Below are positions 15,977 to 25,000 of a stretch of DNA of 60,387 nucleotides, in pieces (position 1 is the first letter of the stretch; each line of letters begins with the position of its first letter). The notes under the pieces are model-generated. The model made no database searches. It saw nothing but the letters and a program-made list of their open reading frames with translations, and was not told where the DNA came from. The stretch is from positions 1 to 60,387 of the IMG/VR virus record IMGVR_UViG_3300025621_000007. One strand, given 5' to 3'. The stretch comes from a virus. Taxonomy: Duplodnaviria > Caudoviricetes. Position numbers and translations under genes: made by a program.

Positions 15977-16971
15977 TGAAAACCTACGGGCTAGATTCTT
16001 CCTCTCCCATCTTGCGGTCTGTGCTCACGGAGCTCAGATCACGAGATGGTCAGGGGCAATACGCTCCAGAAGATCAGGCCGACCCTTCTGCTTTTAAGAA
16101 GGCTTACTCGAATCGCTGGAAGATCGCGGCTTCCATCGCGGCGCTCGGCATCGGTGGGGCAGCTACACTAGGCCCCCGACTCCAAAGGTTCGGCGGCAAA
16201 GGGATCCTCGGACCGGTTAAAACTTCGGGGCTGAACCGAGCCAAGAAGGCGGCAGTCAATAGGAACGCTAATCTCACCGACAAAGGCAAGCGAGGAAAAA
16301 CAACCCCCTACGACCCAGGCCCGAGCCTTAGCGGAAAAGGGAAGGCGGCTACAGAAATAAATCCTAACAAGGCAAGTGGGCAACAGAAAACCAAAGCTAA
16401 GACGGCATCCATGCCAGCATCAGCAGCCAAGAAAAAGGCAGCCAAGAAAAAGGTAGCCAAGAAAAAGGTAGCCAAGAAAAAGGAGTCCAAGAAAGCCCCT
16501 CAAATGAAAGGGTCAGGAGGGGTAAGTATGAAAAAAACAGATCTTATGAATAATAATACGCAAATCACCGAGCTGCAAGGTCGCATTGCTCGGTTAATTG
16601 AGCTAAGCGACGCGTGGCAGCCTGCGGGTCTTCAAGACAAAAGTGACCGGTATCGGCGAAACTACATTCGTAGCTACGCAAAAAGCAAAAAAATCAAGAA
16701 TAGCCAGGTTGCAAAAATAGCAGGCGTGGGCGCTCTTTTAGGCGGAGGCACTGCAGCCGCAACAGCAGGAGCGGTGACAGCCGGGGTTGGGATTCCCTTT
16801 CACGGCTGGCGTGATTCTAAAAGGCCAATATTACAAGCAATGAAGAGCGGCGGCATACAGGGCGCTGTGGTAGGAGCCGGACTCTTAGGCGGGCTGGGCT
16901 TATACGGGAAAACGACGCATAACAATCGACGCAAATGGGCTCGCAAAGCTGGCTACAACATCAAAGACTAA
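15976..16971 (+). CDS. Two-module basic protein with histone-H1-like AKKK repeats and glycine zippers
   Basis: VLTELR and ITELQGRIARLIELS motifs; AAKKKAAKKKVAKKKVAKKK. Confidence 0.7.
   Translation: MKTYGLDSSSPILRSVLTELRSRDGQGQYAPEDQADPSAFKKAYSNRWKIAASIAALGIGGAATLGPRLQRFGGKGILGPVKTSGLNRAKKAAVNRNANLTDKGKRGKTTPYDPGPSLSGKGKAATEINPNKASGQQKTKAKTASMPASAAKKKAAKKKVAKKKVAKKKESKKAPQMKGSGGVSMKKTDLMNNNTQITELQGRIARLIELSDAWQPAGLQDKSDRYRRNYIRSYAKSKKIKNSQVAKIAGVGALLGGGTAAATAGAVTAGVGIPFHGWRDSKRPILQAMKSGGIQGAVVGAGLLGGLGLYGKTTHNNRRKWARKAGYNIKD
16426..16483 (+). repeat. 15-bp tandem repeat GCCAAGAAAAAGG(C/T)A x4 (AKKKV/A)
   Basis: Direct reading. Confidence 0.85.
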
Positions 16972-16975
16972 GAGC

Positions 16976-18265
16976 ATGAACAACACAGTAACATACCTCT
17001 CCCACATCAATGGCCGCTTCGACGAGAAAGCCGGAGTAATCCGAGGGGTCTCAGTCATCACTGAAGGGACAGCTCGTGGACACGACTTGAAAATTGACGG
17101 CAAAACAGTGGAGCAAATGCTCGGGGCTTGTCAGGCCTCAAATTCTGGCAGAGTCAAAACCAAGCTAAACCACCGAAGCGGAATCGAATCCGTCTTCGGC
17201 TACCTTTCTGAATTTCGCATTGAAGGTCCTAAGCTAGTTGCTGACCTCACCCTTCTCAAGAAGCATAAGGACTACGGCCAGACTATGGAACAACTTCGGG
17301 AGATGCCTGAATCCATCGGCCTCTCTGTCGCATTCACCGGAAAGCCAGAAGTTTGCGGAGATGCAAGCAAGGCAGCTCGGGTCGAAAGAATTATTTCTGC
17401 GGACTTAGTCCCAGAGCCAGCAGCCAATCCTACAGGTCTTTTTGAGGAACCCCTCGTTAGCGAAGAAGTTGACACCCCAGATAAAAATGAAATGAGTGAT
17501 ATTAATCAAGTTCTACAAGCAATCGGCGATCTAAGTAGTCGCCTCGACTCCTACGACGAACGTTTTGACTCTATTGAAGGTTCCCTCCAAGGTGAGCCTG
17601 AAGGTCAAGAAGACGGCGTAACCGAAGAAGAAATCGCCGAAGCGATCGAAGCTCTCCGTGAGCAGGGATACGACGATGGCGAAATCGAAGGCATCATCTC
17701 CTCTGAGATCGATGAGCTTTACGGTGAGGAAAGCGAAGAAGAAAATTCAGAAGCGTATGAAGATGCTCCTGAATACCGCAACGGAGGAACCGACCTCGAT
17801 CCGAACCAAGAGCGTGTCGGCAGTGTTGCTGAACAAGCTTCCGCAGCTCAACCATATGGCGAAGACGCTGGTGACAGTGACGGTGGTGGAGAATTTGCCC
17901 GTCTTGAGCAAATCGTTACAAATCTCGAAGCTAAAATCGCAGGCCAACAAGAAGCCGCAGACGAAGCAGCCCTTGAAACTCAGCTCGGAGAGATCCGCAG
18001 CAAAGTAGTCGCTCTTGCATCTCGCAATGACGAACTTGAAAATGAGCTCGATGCAGCTCGTCACGCACTAAATACCGGCACAGGTCGCGCAGTCGAAACT
18101 GGAGCCCCAGGTCAGGACATCACTCTTGGTGAAGGTGCATTCGAAGACACTGTCCGTCATCATCTTGACGAAGGTAAAACCAAAGGCGAATCCGTTGCCT
18201 TGGCAGCTAAAGAGAATCGCGAACAGCATCTCGACTGGCTCCGTCGTAGTGGTGTCATCGGCTAA
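16976..18265 (+). CDS. Prohead protease fused to acidic scaffold
   Basis: N-domain with KLNH, IGLSVAF, SADLVPEPAANP.GLF (HK97/Mu-type protease fold); acidic coiled-coil C-half; upstream of decoration and capsid genes. Confidence 0.8.
   Translation: MNNTVTYLSHINGRFDEKAGVIRGVSVITEGTARGHDLKIDGKTVEQMLGACQASNSGRVKTKLNHRSGIESVFGYLSEFRIEGPKLVADLTLLKKHKDYGQTMEQLREMPESIGLSVAFTGKPEVCGDASKAARVERIISADLVPEPAANPTGLFEEPLVSEEVDTPDKNEMSDINQVLQAIGDLSSRLDSYDERFDSIEGSLQGEPEGQEDGVTEEEIAEAIEALREQGYDDGEIEGIISSEIDELYGEESEEENSEAYEDAPEYRNGGTDLDPNQERVGSVAEQASAAQPYGEDAGDSDGGGEFARLEQIVTNLEAKIAGQQEAADEAALETQLGEIRSKVVALASRNDELENELDAARHALNTGTGRAVETGAPGQDITLGEGAFEDTVRHHLDEGKTKGESVALAAKENREQHLDWLRRSGVIG
17492..18265 (+). CDS. 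Probable nested in-frame scaffold protein (MSDINQ...)
   Basis: In-frame ATG right after the protease domain, with A-rich leader and AGTTGACA 17 nt upstream; analogous to lambda C/Nu3. Confidence 0.5.
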   Translation: MSDINQVLQAIGDLSSRLDSYDERFDSIEGSLQGEPEGQEDGVTEEEIAEAIEALREQGYDDGEIEGIISSEIDELYGEESEEENSEAYEDAPEYRNGGTDLDPNQERVGSVAEQASAAQPYGEDAGDSDGGGEFARLEQIVTNLEAKIAGQQEAADEAALETQLGEIRSKVVALASRNDELENELDAARHALNTGTGRAVETGAPGQDITLGEGAFEDTVRHHLDEGKTKGESVALAAKENREQHLDWLRRSGVIG

Positions 18266-18298
18266 TCGTTCATTAACATCTCACATCAAAAATAAATT

Positions 18299-18679
18299 AT
18301 GAATAGCAATAACGTTATCTCCCTTCAAGCAGATGCGGCCATCACTGGTCACACTCTAGTTCGCTTGACTACTTCCGGAACAGTCGAGGCCGCAGGTGCA
18401 GCATCAACAGCTGTCATCGGAACCGCCCTTCAAGATACACTTGATGGATCTCAGTGCGACATCGCAGTAGCCGGAGCTTTTCCAGTTCACTATGTTGTAG
18501 CATCTGGCGTAATCGGAGTCGGAGCAGCAGTTAAGTCTGATGCTGGCGGTAAGATCCAAAATCATGCCGGAACAGGAACCGCAATCGGTAATGCTCTCGA
18601 AGCATCAACCGCAGACGGTGAAATCATCCGCGTTCTCTTGAGTAACATCGTAACTGAAGACGCAGCAGCAGCCAGCTAA
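18299..18679 (+). CDS. Capsid decoration/cement protein (DUF2190-like)
   Basis: A/G-rich, IGTALQD...IGNALEASTADGEIIRVLL; immediately before capsid. Confidence 0.8.
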   Translation: MNSNNVISLQADAAITGHTLVRLTTSGTVEAAGAASTAVIGTALQDTLDGSQCDIAVAGAFPVHYVVASGVIGVGAAVKSDAGGKIQNHAGTGTAIGNALEASTADGEIIRVLLSNIVTEDAAAAS

Positions 18680-18714
18680 TCCACCCTAATTACAACACCT
18701 AAATTTATACCACT

Positions 18715-19674
18715 ATGTATGTTAATTCCGCAGCAGTAATTCGGCACGACCTAAACACCTTCGTAGAAGAAGCCGCACAAGCGGACCAATACTACATCGG
18801 TGCTAAAGTTCTCCCGATCCTCCCTAGCCCCGTTAAGAGCGGCATCTTCCCAAAGATCTCAATGTCTCCTGGTGAGCTGTTGAAGTCCGACTCAACCAAA
18901 CGTGGTCCTTCAGGAACATATAACGAAGTCGATCGCAAGATCTCCACTGATACATTCGATTGCATCGACCGTGGTCTCGAAGAGCGCATCGATGATGTGT
19001 TTGTTCGCGACATGAGCCGCTTTTTGGATGTTGAAGTTCTGACATCGAAGCTCATCACTCGTATGATGATGCTCGACTACGAGATTCGTTGTGCTAATCG
19101 CCTGTTTGATGCAACTACTTTTGCAACAACCAACTCTGGAGTAGAGTATAGCGAGGCTAACCTCGCTACAATCGACTTCGCTGCTGACCTTATGTCGGCT
19201 AAAGAGAGACTTACTCGTAAGGCAGTTATTCCTAACGTAGCCATCATGAACGACTCGATGTTTAACCGCATCCGTCGCTCAGCCAAGCTTCAGACTTTCC
19301 TTTATGGAAACATCGGAGCTGGAACTGGATACCGTTTGGTAAATGCTCAGGATATCGGAGCCGCTTTCAACGTCCCAATGGTCTACGTCGCAGCCGCAAC
19401 GTTTGACGCTTCTAAGAAGGGTGCTGCAAACCCAGCCCTTACCCAAGTCTGGAATTCAGACTATGTATGGCTTGGTAACGTCCAAGGTGGAGACTTCTCC
19501 GCAATGGGTGCAGGTCGCACAATCGTTTGGACCGCTGATTCTCCATCACTCTTCCAGACCGAGACTTACCGCTCAGAGCCTCGTCGAGGCGACATGGTTC
19601 GGGTTCGTCACCACACCGACGAGAAAGTCGTCGATGCAACGGCTGCTGAGTTGATTAAGATCAACAACCAGTAG
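18715..19674 (+). CDS. Major capsid protein (gpE-like HK97 fold)
   Basis: Position, size, YIGAKVLP..PV, C.DRGLEE.IDD, E.R.A..LF; followed by terminator. Confidence 0.85.
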   Translation: MYVNSAAVIRHDLNTFVEEAAQADQYYIGAKVLPILPSPVKSGIFPKISMSPGELLKSDSTKRGPSGTYNEVDRKISTDTFDCIDRGLEERIDDVFVRDMSRFLDVEVLTSKLITRMMMLDYEIRCANRLFDATTFATTNSGVEYSEANLATIDFAADLMSAKERLTRKAVIPNVAIMNDSMFNRIRRSAKLQTFLYGNIGAGTGYRLVNAQDIGAAFNVPMVYVAAATFDASKKGAANPALTQVWNSDYVWLGNVQGGDFSAMGAGRTIVWTADSPSLFQTETYRSEPRRGDMVRVRHHTDEKVVDATAAELIKINNQ

Positions 19675-19704
19675 AATATTCCTACGTCAAGTGCTCAGTT
19701 GACA

Positions 19705-19736
19705 AATGGGAGGGGTTTAGGCCTCTCCCATTTTTT
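19705..19736 (+). terminator. Intrinsic terminator after capsid gene
   Basis: AATGGGAGGGG-loop-CCTCTCCCATT followed by T tract. Confidence 0.8.
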
Positions 19737-19747
19737 ATTTACTAATA

Positions 19748-20071
19748 ATGAGCATCTTTAGCGATCAGTTCACCCGAGCCTCAGAAGAATTTCTTGAGCG
19801 CGTAAAAGAAGTCATCCTAGTCAATAACCAGGAGATAGAAGCTAGTGTCGACCCGATAACGTTTGACGACGCGATCAGAAGCGGAGGCAGGACCTCAGGG
19901 ATGTTATTTGGTATCCATGTTCGGAAAACTGACTGGGACGCCGCTGGAGGCAAGAGCGGCTCTAAAGTGACCGTCTCGGGTAAGAGAGTCCGGGCAAAGT
20001 CTTTTGTTGATATAGGGGATAACCAATACGAGATCATGTGTGAAACATTTAAAGGCTCTTCTGGGTTATGA
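19748..20071 (+). CDS. Head-tail joining protein (gpFII-like)
   Basis: Position and size; beta-rich. Confidence 0.55.
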   Translation: MSIFSDQFTRASEEFLERVKEVILVNNQEIEASVDPITFDDAIRSGGRTSGMLFGIHVRKTDWDAAGGKSGSKVTVSGKRVRAKSFVDIGDNQYEIMCETFKGSSGL

Positions 20072-20247
20072 TCCGGGTATCAGGAACGGAATCGATAGGC
20101 AGAGCAGCTAACAGAGCATTCCAAGACATAAGAGCCCTTAAGGTCAAAGTCGCGGCTAACAGTCTAAAGAAAGCCCTGGGTCGTCCATCTGTGAACGAAA
20201 GAGATTTGCGAGAAAAACTAAAAAACAAGCTAAGAAGTGGACGTTAA
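20068..20247 (+). CDS. Small basic neck/tail-completion candidate (59 aa, MIRVSGTESIGRAANRAF...)
   Basis: Read from sequence; ATGA-coupled; fills gap. Confidence 0.5.
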   Translation: MIRVSGTESIGRAANRAFQDIRALKVKVAANSLKKALGRPSVNERDLREKLKNKLRSGR

Positions 20248-20698
20248 ATCAAAATGCGAAAGATACTGGGCAGACCTTTTAAAGAGCAAAGGGGCAACCC
20301 GAGTCTATCCTGGACGTTGCGACGATGAAGACGTGGACACCCCATTTATTGTTTGTCGTTGTGAAGAAGCTCCAGTGACAATGCCAGGGGGCGGCGCACA
20401 CCGAATAGATCCCCTCGAGATCCTTGTCATTTCACACATCAGTGAAGCCACTTCCAAAGACCATTCAGAGGCCGTCGAGTGGGTCCGATCTATTATCGAA
20501 CACTCTAGCTTTCCGGATACCGGCGCTGAAATAAAGGCTCTTGGAGTAGGCCCTCTTACGGTTCGAGATGTGGCTAGTGAAGACGACGAGCGGTATGCTG
20601 ACATTCTAGAATTCGTTTTCGGGTTCACCTCCCATAAACACGACGAAACACTTCCTGTTCCCCCGGGGTTAGCGGGCTTTGGGTTGACAAATTCCTAG
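20237..20698 (+). CDS. Tail terminator-like protein
   Basis: RVYPG....PFIV motif and position before tail tube genes. Confidence 0.55.
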   Translation: MDVKSKCERYWADLLKSKGATRVYPGRCDDEDVDTPFIVCRCEEAPVTMPGGGAHRIDPLEILVISHISEATSKDHSEAVEWVRSIIEHSSFPDTGAEIKALGVGPLTVRDVASEDDERYADILEFVFGFTSHKHDETLPVPPGLAGFGLTNS

Positions 20699-20721
20699 TT
20701 AGTATAACACTCTAAAGAAAT

Positions 20722-21075
20722 ATGCCTACCCAATACAACTCAAGCACCTACGTCTTCGGAACAGATGCTGTCTCTCCCATCGCTGGGATGGCAGTCGAGT
20801 CTTTAAAAGTTGACGAGACCCCAGAATTCGAAGCCGAAGCTAAAGACCAAACCGGATCAGTAGTCTCTTACGTTGTCGGAAACGCTAAGAAGAACTTCAC
20901 GGCTTCCGGGTTTCTTACCACGGACACCTTTGACATCGAAGATTTTCAATACGATGGACTGACCTTCATCATCGAAAGCAGGAGCATCACAGAATCCAAC
21001 ACAGACTTCAAAAAGTGCGAGCTCTCTGGAGTTGCTTACGCAGTTATCGGTGCAACAGCTGGAGCGGCAATCTAA
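20722..21075 (+). CDS. Small tail tube protein, paralogue 1
   Basis: Acidic beta-rich; aligns with 21128..21478 (AGMA.E, PEF.AEAK, SGFL, SNTDF.KCE.SG). Confidence 0.6.
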   Translation: MPTQYNSSTYVFGTDAVSPIAGMAVESLKVDETPEFEAEAKDQTGSVVSYVVGNAKKNFTASGFLTTDTFDIEDFQYDGLTFIIESRSITESNTDFKKCELSGVAYAVIGATAGAAI

Positions 21076-21076
21076 G

Positions 21077-21112
21077 CTCACTCACTCACTCACTCACTCA
21101 CTCACTCACTCA
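21077..21112 (+). repeat. Microsatellite (CTCA)9
   Basis: 36-nt perfect tetranucleotide repeat in the intergenic space. Confidence 0.95.
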
Positions 21113-21127
21113 TAACCATACAAATAT

Positions 21128-21478
21128 ATGCCTTCTTTCGACCAATTTGGAAATGTCACTGAATACAAATTCGGAATCACAACGTCTGACGCTGTAGCCG
21201 GAATGGCCCTCGAAACACTAACTATCTCTGCTAGCCCTGAATTCATGGCTGAAGCAAAAAATGACGAAGGGATGACTGCCGCTTTAGTAAAAGGTGATCT
21301 TAAAGGAGAGTTCTCAGGATCTGGCTTTTTAATCAACGAAACTGCGTTTGAGGGTGTCTCTAACTTCACGTTTGACTCTAATTTTTACATCATCCAAAAC
21401 AAAAGCATTTCCCAGTCTAATACAGACTTCCAGAAGTGCGAGATTAGCGGGATCAGCTTCGCAAACATTGCCAGCTAA
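21128..21478 (+). CDS. Small tail tube protein, paralogue 2
   Basis: Clear paralogy to 20722..21075. Confidence 0.6.
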   Translation: MPSFDQFGNVTEYKFGITTSDAVAGMALETLTISASPEFMAEAKNDEGMTAALVKGDLKGEFSGSGFLINETAFEGVSNFTFDSNFYIIQNKSISQSNTDFQKCEISGISFANIAS

Positions 21479-22059
21479 TGATCGACTCCCTCCTAACGGA
21501 GGCCCTGATTAACAGTAACTACCGGGTTCTCGGCAAAAAGTTGCGTCCTTACTGCCTTTGGCATGAGTTCCTTCTTTTAGCGTCAGAGAACCCGATTTTT
21601 TGTGACACAGATGAGCCTGCGAATCTTGTTCACCTTGAAGCGGCAGCGAGGATTTGCTGTTGTGAATTCGGTCAACTACCTAACCCTAAGGTAAATAGCA
21701 CTTGGATTAGCATTAAGGCCGTGTTCCTGGGTGTCGACAAGCAGCTAGAAAGCTTCAAGACCTATATTGCTGACTACAATGCGGGCCCAGACATCTGGCA
21801 AAAGGAATCCTCAGATAACACCAAGAAGGGCCCTCCAGGGACCATCTATACTATTGTATCTTGCCTTAGCATGGGCATTGACGAAAAAAGAGCCTGGGAA
21901 ATGCCTGTAGGCCTTGCTTTATGGTATTCCGCAGCCCGCCAGTTTGACAAGGGAGGGGAGTTGGACTTCGTAACTGAACAAAGCCGACGCATAATGGAAA
22001 ACCTTAAAAAGATTAAGGAGGCGGAAGCGGAAAAGGAAATCACTAAAGAGAATGGCTAA
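21478..22059 (+). CDS. Tail assembly chaperone (putative)
   Basis: Between tube and tape measure; AWEMPVGLALWY resembles gpT-like segments. Confidence 0.55.
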   Translation: MIDSLLTEALINSNYRVLGKKLRPYCLWHEFLLLASENPIFCDTDEPANLVHLEAAARICCCEFGQLPNPKVNSTWISIKAVFLGVDKQLESFKTYIADYNAGPDIWQKESSDNTKKGPPGTIYTIVSCLSMGIDEKRAWEMPVGLALWYSAARQFDKGGELDFVTEQSRRIMENLKKIKEAEAEKEITKENG

Positions 22060-25000
22060 GAATCCGAAAGCAAAAGTAGATGTTGAAATCCAGGCCACTG
22101 GAGCGGCTAAATTTAAAGCGGCAACAAAAGGCCTTGGCACTGGGCTGACCGTTGGGCTCATTACCGCAGTCGCAGAAGGAAAGAAATTCAAAGCTGTATG
22201 GGAAGGCGTTAAGTGGGGAGCCATGGCCCGTGTCGGGGTCGCAAACCTGGCTCTTATATCTGGAAGTGCTATAGCGGCTACCAAAGCTATCATAGGCCTA
22301 GTTCGTGGTTCTGAGGCGATGGCTAGGGGGCTTGAACGCGCAGCGAACATCGAGATGAAGACGACTCAGTTTGAGTCGTTGTTAAAGGGAGCCTCGCTTG
22401 CTAAACAAAGAATCGCGGAACTCGTCGATTTCGCGGACAAAACCCCATTTGAAATCGAAGGAATTGCAGAAGCCTCAAAAATGCTCGAGGTTCTTGGTCG
22501 TGGAGATCTCAGCGGAATCAAAACAATCACCATGGTTGGCGATGCGGCTGCTGTCGCAGGGCGCGAACTTAATGAAGTGGCCTTCTGGATCGGAAGATTC
22601 TACGACGGGGTGAAGTCTGGACGTCCTGTTGGCGAAGCTGCTACTAGGCTCCAAGAAATGGGGCTAATTACGGGCGACCTTCGGGCTCGCATAGAAAGCT
22701 TAAACCAAGCTGGCGGAGACATGACCGTTGTCTGGGGCGAGGTAGAGGCCGCTCTGGGGAGAACCAAAGGGGGCATGGAAAAGATGTCCGAGACGATGAA
22801 GGGTCTTCAGTCTACTTACGATGACACCCGAGCATCCCTTGATCAGGCGTTAGCTAAGAACTTCCTCGATGAAGAGAAGAAAAAGCTGGAAGACATAATT
22901 AAAATAATGAAGAACCTGACTCCTGTGTTCGAAGACACGGGGGCCGTAATAGCTGCAATAAGCGGGCCGGTAAACACAGCAGGAAAGGCGTTCCTGGCTT
23001 GGGCAACTAGCTTGAAAATCGTTCAGGTAGCCATAGGCACACTGACTCGAGCTATCGTTGCTTTGGCTGTCGTAGCCACTCCAGTATTCATCTATAAGCT
23101 GATCAAGGCTCTTATAAGCCTAAACCTTACAACCAAGGCTGTGACTGTAAGCACGCGTCTTTTGTCTGCGGCTCAATTAGCTGGACGAGCAGCAGCGCTA
23201 AGCCTAGCAAAAGGAAACACCATAGCAGGAAACAGCTACATATTCCTTGGCAAAGCATCAAAGAAAGCCGCATTGGGGCTGGCTGCGTTCAACGGAGGAG
23301 CTAAAACTGCGGCAGCCGCAGGAGCGGGCGCTCAGGCCATCCCATTAATCGGCAAGGCTAAAATCCCTAAGGGAGTGGTTGCCGGATTTAAAGTAGCCAC
23401 TAAAGGAATCAGCCTAGCCCTAAGGGGGATTGGAAAAGCATTTTCATTCCTTGTCAGCACATTTTTAGGCAAATTTTTAGGGATCATCGGGGCAGTCGCC
23501 GTAGTCTGGCAGCTAATTGGCGCATTCAAAAAGGCAAAAGAAGCAGGTAATGCTGTTACGGCAGCCGCAAAAGAAATGAACACATCTCTAATGAAGATGG
23601 CCTCTACTGTCAAAAACTTAAACGGGCTATGGGAATACCAAGACAAAATCGCTGGGGCACTTTCGACGGCGTATGAAAAGCTAGGCACAGCGCTAGGTGA
23701 AATGGGTAACGACAGCGAGCTCGCTAAGCTTCTTGGTATGAGTGAGGCTTCAGAAGAAGTTGAGGCACTACAGAAGCAAATTTCACAGCTAAAAGCCATG
23801 CTGTCAGGCGCAACGTCTGACGACAGATTCTCGAAATCGAAAAAAGATCGGGAACTAGCGGCAAAAGACGATGAGCGTAAAGATACCAACAAAGTCAGAG
23901 ACATCGATGCCGAAATAGCAGCGGAAAAAGATGGAGCTAAAAAGATTCGACTTATACGAGAGAAGAAGCTGCTTTTCGAGCAAAAAGGAGAGACCGGTCG
24001 AGATATCGATAAGGGGAATGCAGAAACAGAAAAACGCCTCAGGGGGGCAGCCGTAAAAGGGAAAGCTGATTCCGCAACCAACGAAATAAAAAGCATCTTA
24101 AATCAAATCGAGGCAATAGAAGACACTGGGGTTGTCAATAAAACCCTTGGAACAGGGGCTGGGTTTATAGGTGCAGCTGAGCTCAAGGAAGACATCGCAG
24201 AAGCGAAAAAGCAAAAAGAGAAGGACATTTCGAAAGGTATGGACTCTGGCGACGCTGAGCTGAAATTCAATCGAACCGTAGGAGGACTACTTAAGGAGGT
24301 TTCGGAAAGAAGGAAGGAGGGCGGTCGCACCTTCGACCAAGCCGGGAACGACAGTGAGGATTTCGATGCTATGGAGGCTCGTGGACAAGCTCTACTCGAC
24401 GAATCCGACAAATTAGAAGCAGCCCAAGAAAAGGGTAGACAAATAAAAAGGGACTCAGACTCCTTACCTCAACGACAAGCGCAAGCAAAAGCCGACGCAA
24501 TACGCTTAGGGACGAAAAATGATAAAAACGGTGTAACGGTCAAAAAAGACGACGTCAACGACTCCATGAAGGAGACCCTAAGCAAGTTCGGTGCTGTCGA
24601 ATCCCCCTCAGGAGATTTGAGCATAACCCTCGAACAGCTCCAAGACATAGACGTTGCGATAGACAAAAACGCAAAGCTTGCGGCAGAGTGGACAAACAAC
24701 CTTGGCATGTCGGATGATATCCAGAGGGAAATCAATGCTCAGCTACGGCAGCAAAAAGAGATCCGTGAAGAGATCAATGCTGAGATTGACGCAACCAACG
24801 CAGAGACAGACAAGATAAAGTTCGAAGCGGAAGTGGGCAAAATAAAGCCTCTTGATGTAAATACGGATCTTTTAGAAAGAAGCCTGGACAAAGTCGAAGA
24901 AAGAAAACTGGAGATCGCACAGGAGATCGACATCAAAGCCTCGGAGCTAAAATCCCCGAATATAGAGGCTGCTGAAGCGCTAGAGCTGAGGGACCAAATT

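Noticed and set aside
15976-16005. MKTY start as a homologue of the T4 capsid-targeting sequence
   Set aside because: Only four residues match; insufficient evidence of homology
21478-22059. Programmed frameshift tail chaperone pair
   Set aside because: Single ORF spans tube to TMP; no second-frame ORF or clear slippery site needed
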